A DNA stretch of 46,854 nucleotides from positions 1 through 46,854 of the IMG/VR virus record IMGVR_UViG_3300037467_002544; one strand, 5' to 3'. Positions 43,994 through 46,854 of the stretch are shown here, one piece after another (the first letter of the stretch is position 1; each line of letters starts with the position of its first letter). Under the pieces are notes generated by a model. That model worked only from the letters and a program-made list of their open reading frames with translations, had not been told where the DNA came from and did no database searches. Origin of the DNA: a virus. Its lineage: Duplodnaviria; Caudoviricetes. The translations under genes and the position numbers were made by a program.

Positions 43994-44450
43994 GCTTCAG
44001 ATGAGGGTATTTTCGCAAAAACAAGTAGTGATCCACCTTACCCGAATAATAGATCATTCCGCCATAACACAGCATGAAGAGCGGCGGCGTGTTCAACAGG
44101 AACAGATTGGTGCCGTACTTCCGACCGAACGTCAAAATGACGTCGGAGATGCCGATGATCAGTGAGAAGCCGATGACATGAATGACCGCATAGAGCATCC
44201 ACTTAAGCCGACGTTCCGTGTGAGCAAACCAGCCGAGCATGGCAGCGACGGTCGGTGTCTCTCGCTGGGCAGCAATGGCTATGCCGGCCACCATGGCCAC
44301 CAGCGCGAGCCAGAACACTACCCAGGCCGCGCTCACGCAATCGATCCAGCCACAGATGACCAGCGCCGCATAAGCGACACTCCCAATCGCCAGGACGACA
44401 CCCGAAAGGATGCCGCCCTCCTTGAGAGCCTCTTTGAGTTCCTGCATCAC
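43986..44450 (-). CDS. Membrane protein (about 4 TM)
   Basis: Four hydrophobic segments. Confidence 0.7.
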   Translation of the reverse strand: MMQELKEALKEGGILSGVVLAIGSVAYAALVICGWIDCVSAAWVVFWLALVAMVAGIAIAAQRETPTVAAMLGWFAHTERRLKWMLYAVIHVIGFSLIIGISDVILTFGRKYGTNLFLLNTPPLFMLCYGGMIYYSGKVDHYLFLRKYPHLKRD

Positions 44451-44629
44451 GCGGCCTGCTTGATCAGGAGCGGCACGGCCGCGAGGGCCGACGCTTCACT
44501 CGGGTAGGGACCGAAGGGGTCGCCGAGATTCTTGCCGTCCACCTTCAACTGCACGTAGACGCCGACATCCTCCGGGGCAGCAGTGCCCGGATCGATCTCG
44601 AACAGTTCCGGAATGATGGTGGACGGCAT
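44447..44629 (-). CDS. Small hypothetical protein
   Basis: AGGAG SD; GPYPSE..AL.A. Confidence 0.7.
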   Translation of the reverse strand: MPSTIIPELFEIDPGTAAPEDVGVYVQLKVDGKNLGDPFGPYPSEASALAAVPLLIKQAA

Positions 44630-44644
44630 GGTGATCTCCTGTGG

Positions 44645-46270
44645 TTAGTCGAGAGAGTTCAGGTGGATCTGGAGGTTCCACGACTCGCGGAAACCCCTCT
44701 TGACTAGATCGTCCTTCAGGCTCTGCCAGGGACGGCCGGTCGAGCGGAACACGCCGCTGTCGATCTCCTTGAGATCATTCGGCAGCAGGTGGCCGATATC
44801 GAGCTTACCCTTGAAGAACTCGCCATGCTCGTCGAAGTAGGACTTCGGGCAGAAGTAGACGATGTTCCCACGCTCGGGACCCTGCTGGTCGCAGCAGAAG
44901 ATGAACTCCTCGCCCTTGTAGGACTTGAGGTTCGCCTGCCGGGCGCTCTCGCTCATCGTGGCCAGTTCGAGCGCGCGCTCGTTCCAGGGCCGCGCCGGAA
45001 GCGCCTCGGTCTCGGCCTCTTTCTCGACGACCGGTTCACCGTACTTGTCGACCGTCTGGATCTCACCCTTGATCCCGTAGAGGTCGATGGTGTCCACGAC
45101 CTTCTGGGCGTTCTGCTCGCGCACGAAGGCGATCCAGCAGCCCTCGGCGTTGTTGCGGAACACCGCGTGGGACGCGGTAAGGTCGAAGCCCGTGGTGACC
45201 AGATGGCCGACGACAGTCTGCACCTTCTCGCCCTTGACGTTCACCCGGAAGAACTTCGCGATACGACCCTTGGGGTCGATCTCGGCGTTCTCATTGGGCA
45301 GGTAGGGATCGTCGAGGAAATCCTGGAAGGACTGGCTGTACTCGAAGCCCCGGCCCATCAGGCTCGACGCCATCTCGGCGCGGCTGCGATCGTCCCGCAT
45401 CGCGATGATGTCGCGATCGAGCGAGATCGAGCGGGGCACCCGCGCGAGCACCTCCTTGGCGATCAGGCGAATGCCCGTGCCGGTCTTGGTCTCCTCACCG
45501 TTTGCATCAAGCGGCGGACCAAAGGCGAAGCAGTAATGGTCGGGCTCGACACGGTCGAGCACCGTGACGCTCGGCGGCGTGACGCCATCGATCTCAACCT
45601 GCTCGCTCGACTGCCGCTCACCGCGACCCTTGATGCGATTGTGCTGGTCGGTGGCCTGCTTGGCCTCCTCGTCATCCATACCCTTGACGCCGAACGCCGA
45701 GTCGATGCGGAACGAGCCGTCCGGGTTGAAGCCGACCGTCACATCGGTGATGCGGGCATTCGGATCTGTCGGCCCCTGATCGGGGCTGAAGGATTCACCG
45801 GAGAGTTCACCGCGGGCCGCGGCGGCGGCACCGATCTGGCGGTACTTCTCGTCCTGCTTCTTCTGCTCGTCCGTCCGAAAATCGTGCGGATCGTGCCAGT
45901 CGAGCGCGTGGATCTCGGCGATCGAGCGGTTGTCGGACGCATCATCGCCCGAGGCTGTGTCCGGCGGGAGCGTGTCCATCATCTTCGTGTGGGCGTTCAG
46001 GGTCGCGTTGAGCGACCCAATCTGAATGCTGAACTCCGCAGCGAATCGCTCCGCCTGAGCGTCGTCGCTGTGCTCGAAGATGTACGGGGGCTTCTTGAAC
46101 TTGGAGATATCATCGTCCGACATCATCTCCATGAAGTCGGCGACATGCTCGTCCACATAGAGGTTGTCGTTCGCGCGCCCTGCGGCGTCGGCATAGAACT
46201 TGTCGATTTCGGGAACAGTGGTGGCCGCGGCGACAATCGTGGTGCGCCCCCGGCGAAAACCATACAGCAT
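44645..46270 (-). CDS. Large acidic hypothetical protein
   Basis: Long ORF with strong codon bias; probable start MLYGFRRG; TTGACA promoter near 46355. Confidence 0.8.
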   Translation of the reverse strand: MLYGFRRGRTTIVAAATTVPEIDKFYADAAGRANDNLYVDEHVADFMEMMSDDDISKFKKPPYIFEHSDDAQAERFAAEFSIQIGSLNATLNAHTKMMDTLPPDTASGDDASDNRSIAEIHALDWHDPHDFRTDEQKKQDEKYRQIGAAAAARGELSGESFSPDQGPTDPNARITDVTVGFNPDGSFRIDSAFGVKGMDDEEAKQATDQHNRIKGRGERQSSEQVEIDGVTPPSVTVLDRVEPDHYCFAFGPPLDANGEETKTGTGIRLIAKEVLARVPRSISLDRDIIAMRDDRSRAEMASSLMGRGFEYSQSFQDFLDDPYLPNENAEIDPKGRIAKFFRVNVKGEKVQTVVGHLVTTGFDLTASHAVFRNNAEGCWIAFVREQNAQKVVDTIDLYGIKGEIQTVDKYGEPVVEKEAETEALPARPWNERALELATMSESARQANLKSYKGEEFIFCCDQQGPERGNIVYFCPKSYFDEHGEFFKGKLDIGHLLPNDLKEIDSGVFRSTGRPWQSLKDDLVKRGFRESWNLQIHLNSLD

Positions 46271-46376
46271 TGGAAATCCTGAAGAATGAAGCGTTTGGTG
46301 CCGGATTGTATCCGGCGGCAACATCCAATTCCTATCAGGGCAGCACGAGCCGTGTCAAATGCAATCTGATTTCGTC

Positions 46377-46854
46377 TCACACGCCTGGGAGCGCGGCAGG
46401 CCGCTCCTCGATGGCGGCAAAGACGACCCGTGTGAAGCCCTCTTCCGTGGTAGGCGGCTGGTAGGACTTGCGCATCTGCTCGATCACGAACGGCGGGATC
46501 GCCTTGCCGGTCTCTGCCGCGCGCCGGTCCAGGCGCTCCTGCAATACCGCGGGATCGAGTTCGAACACGACGGCTTCACATTCGTGGGTGGCCGGCACGA
46601 GACTGAGGAATCGGCGACGAGTCTTTTGGCTCATGTTGGTGCGGTCGATTACCACGGATCTGCCGGCGGCGAGCGCGGCTCGAAAGGTCTCCATGAGGTC
46701 GCGCTCGATCGCCTTCAGATCGACGACCTTGAACGCTTGGCTGTAGGTCATCCCGTTCTCAGCGGCGAAGCGATTGACATGATCGTCCGAGGAGATCACA
46801 ACAATCTCCTCTGCCAGACCCGCGCGCCACGTTGACTTGCCCGACCCAGGAAGG
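46377..46854 (-). CDS. AAA_33/polynucleotide-kinase-like P-loop protein (5' end outside window)
   Basis: LPGSGKSTW, ISSDD, VVIDRTN....RR, L.ERL..R, IP..VI..M...Y.PP. Confidence 0.85.
   Translation of the reverse strand, partial: LPGSGKSTWRAGLAEEIVVISSDDHVNRFAAENGMTYSQAFKVVDLKAIERDLMETFRAALAAGRSVVIDRTNMSQKTRRRFLSLVPATHECEAVVFELDPAVLQERLDRRAAETGKAIPPFVIEQMRKSYQPPTTEEGFTRVVFAAIEERPAALPGV

Noticed and set aside
1-46854. Alternative genetic code (stop-codon reassignment)
   Set aside because: Core genes are full length in code 11, and TAA, TAG and TGA all act as stops at expected gene ends

Overview
The window is a 46.9-kb segment of a large T4-superfamily-like (probably jumbo) myovirus genome. 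An alphaproteobacterial host is inferred, not shown, from G-1-less tRNA-His genes, leaderless genes and a host-like kup island. It opens with the head module (prohead protease, scaffold, major capsid protein). Accessory regions follow: homing endonucleases, PhoH, thymidine kinase, HAD nucleotidase, clamp loader, GroES, an HNH-helicase fusion, Kup, a nucleotidyltransferase, four tRNAs, several putative virion-packaged ADP-ribosyltransferase/GNAT proteins, and about 21 paralogous small genes ending in a W-x-x-D-[NE]-x-A-A-x-M-M-x-M-x-W-S-type motif. The most striking element is not in the ORF track. It is a 19-codon His-rich leader peptide (MFTHSHHIHHHCSEGSGKV, 21589-21530, minus strand) with mutually exclusive antiterminator/terminator helices. 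It lies directly upstream of two divergent tRNA-His(GUG) genes, so it looks like a ribosome-stalling attenuator that would make tRNA-His only when charged tRNA-His runs low. There is also an about 1-kb tetraloop-rich noncoding region resembling GOLLD RNA. All protein calls come from motif recognition by eye; no searches were run.
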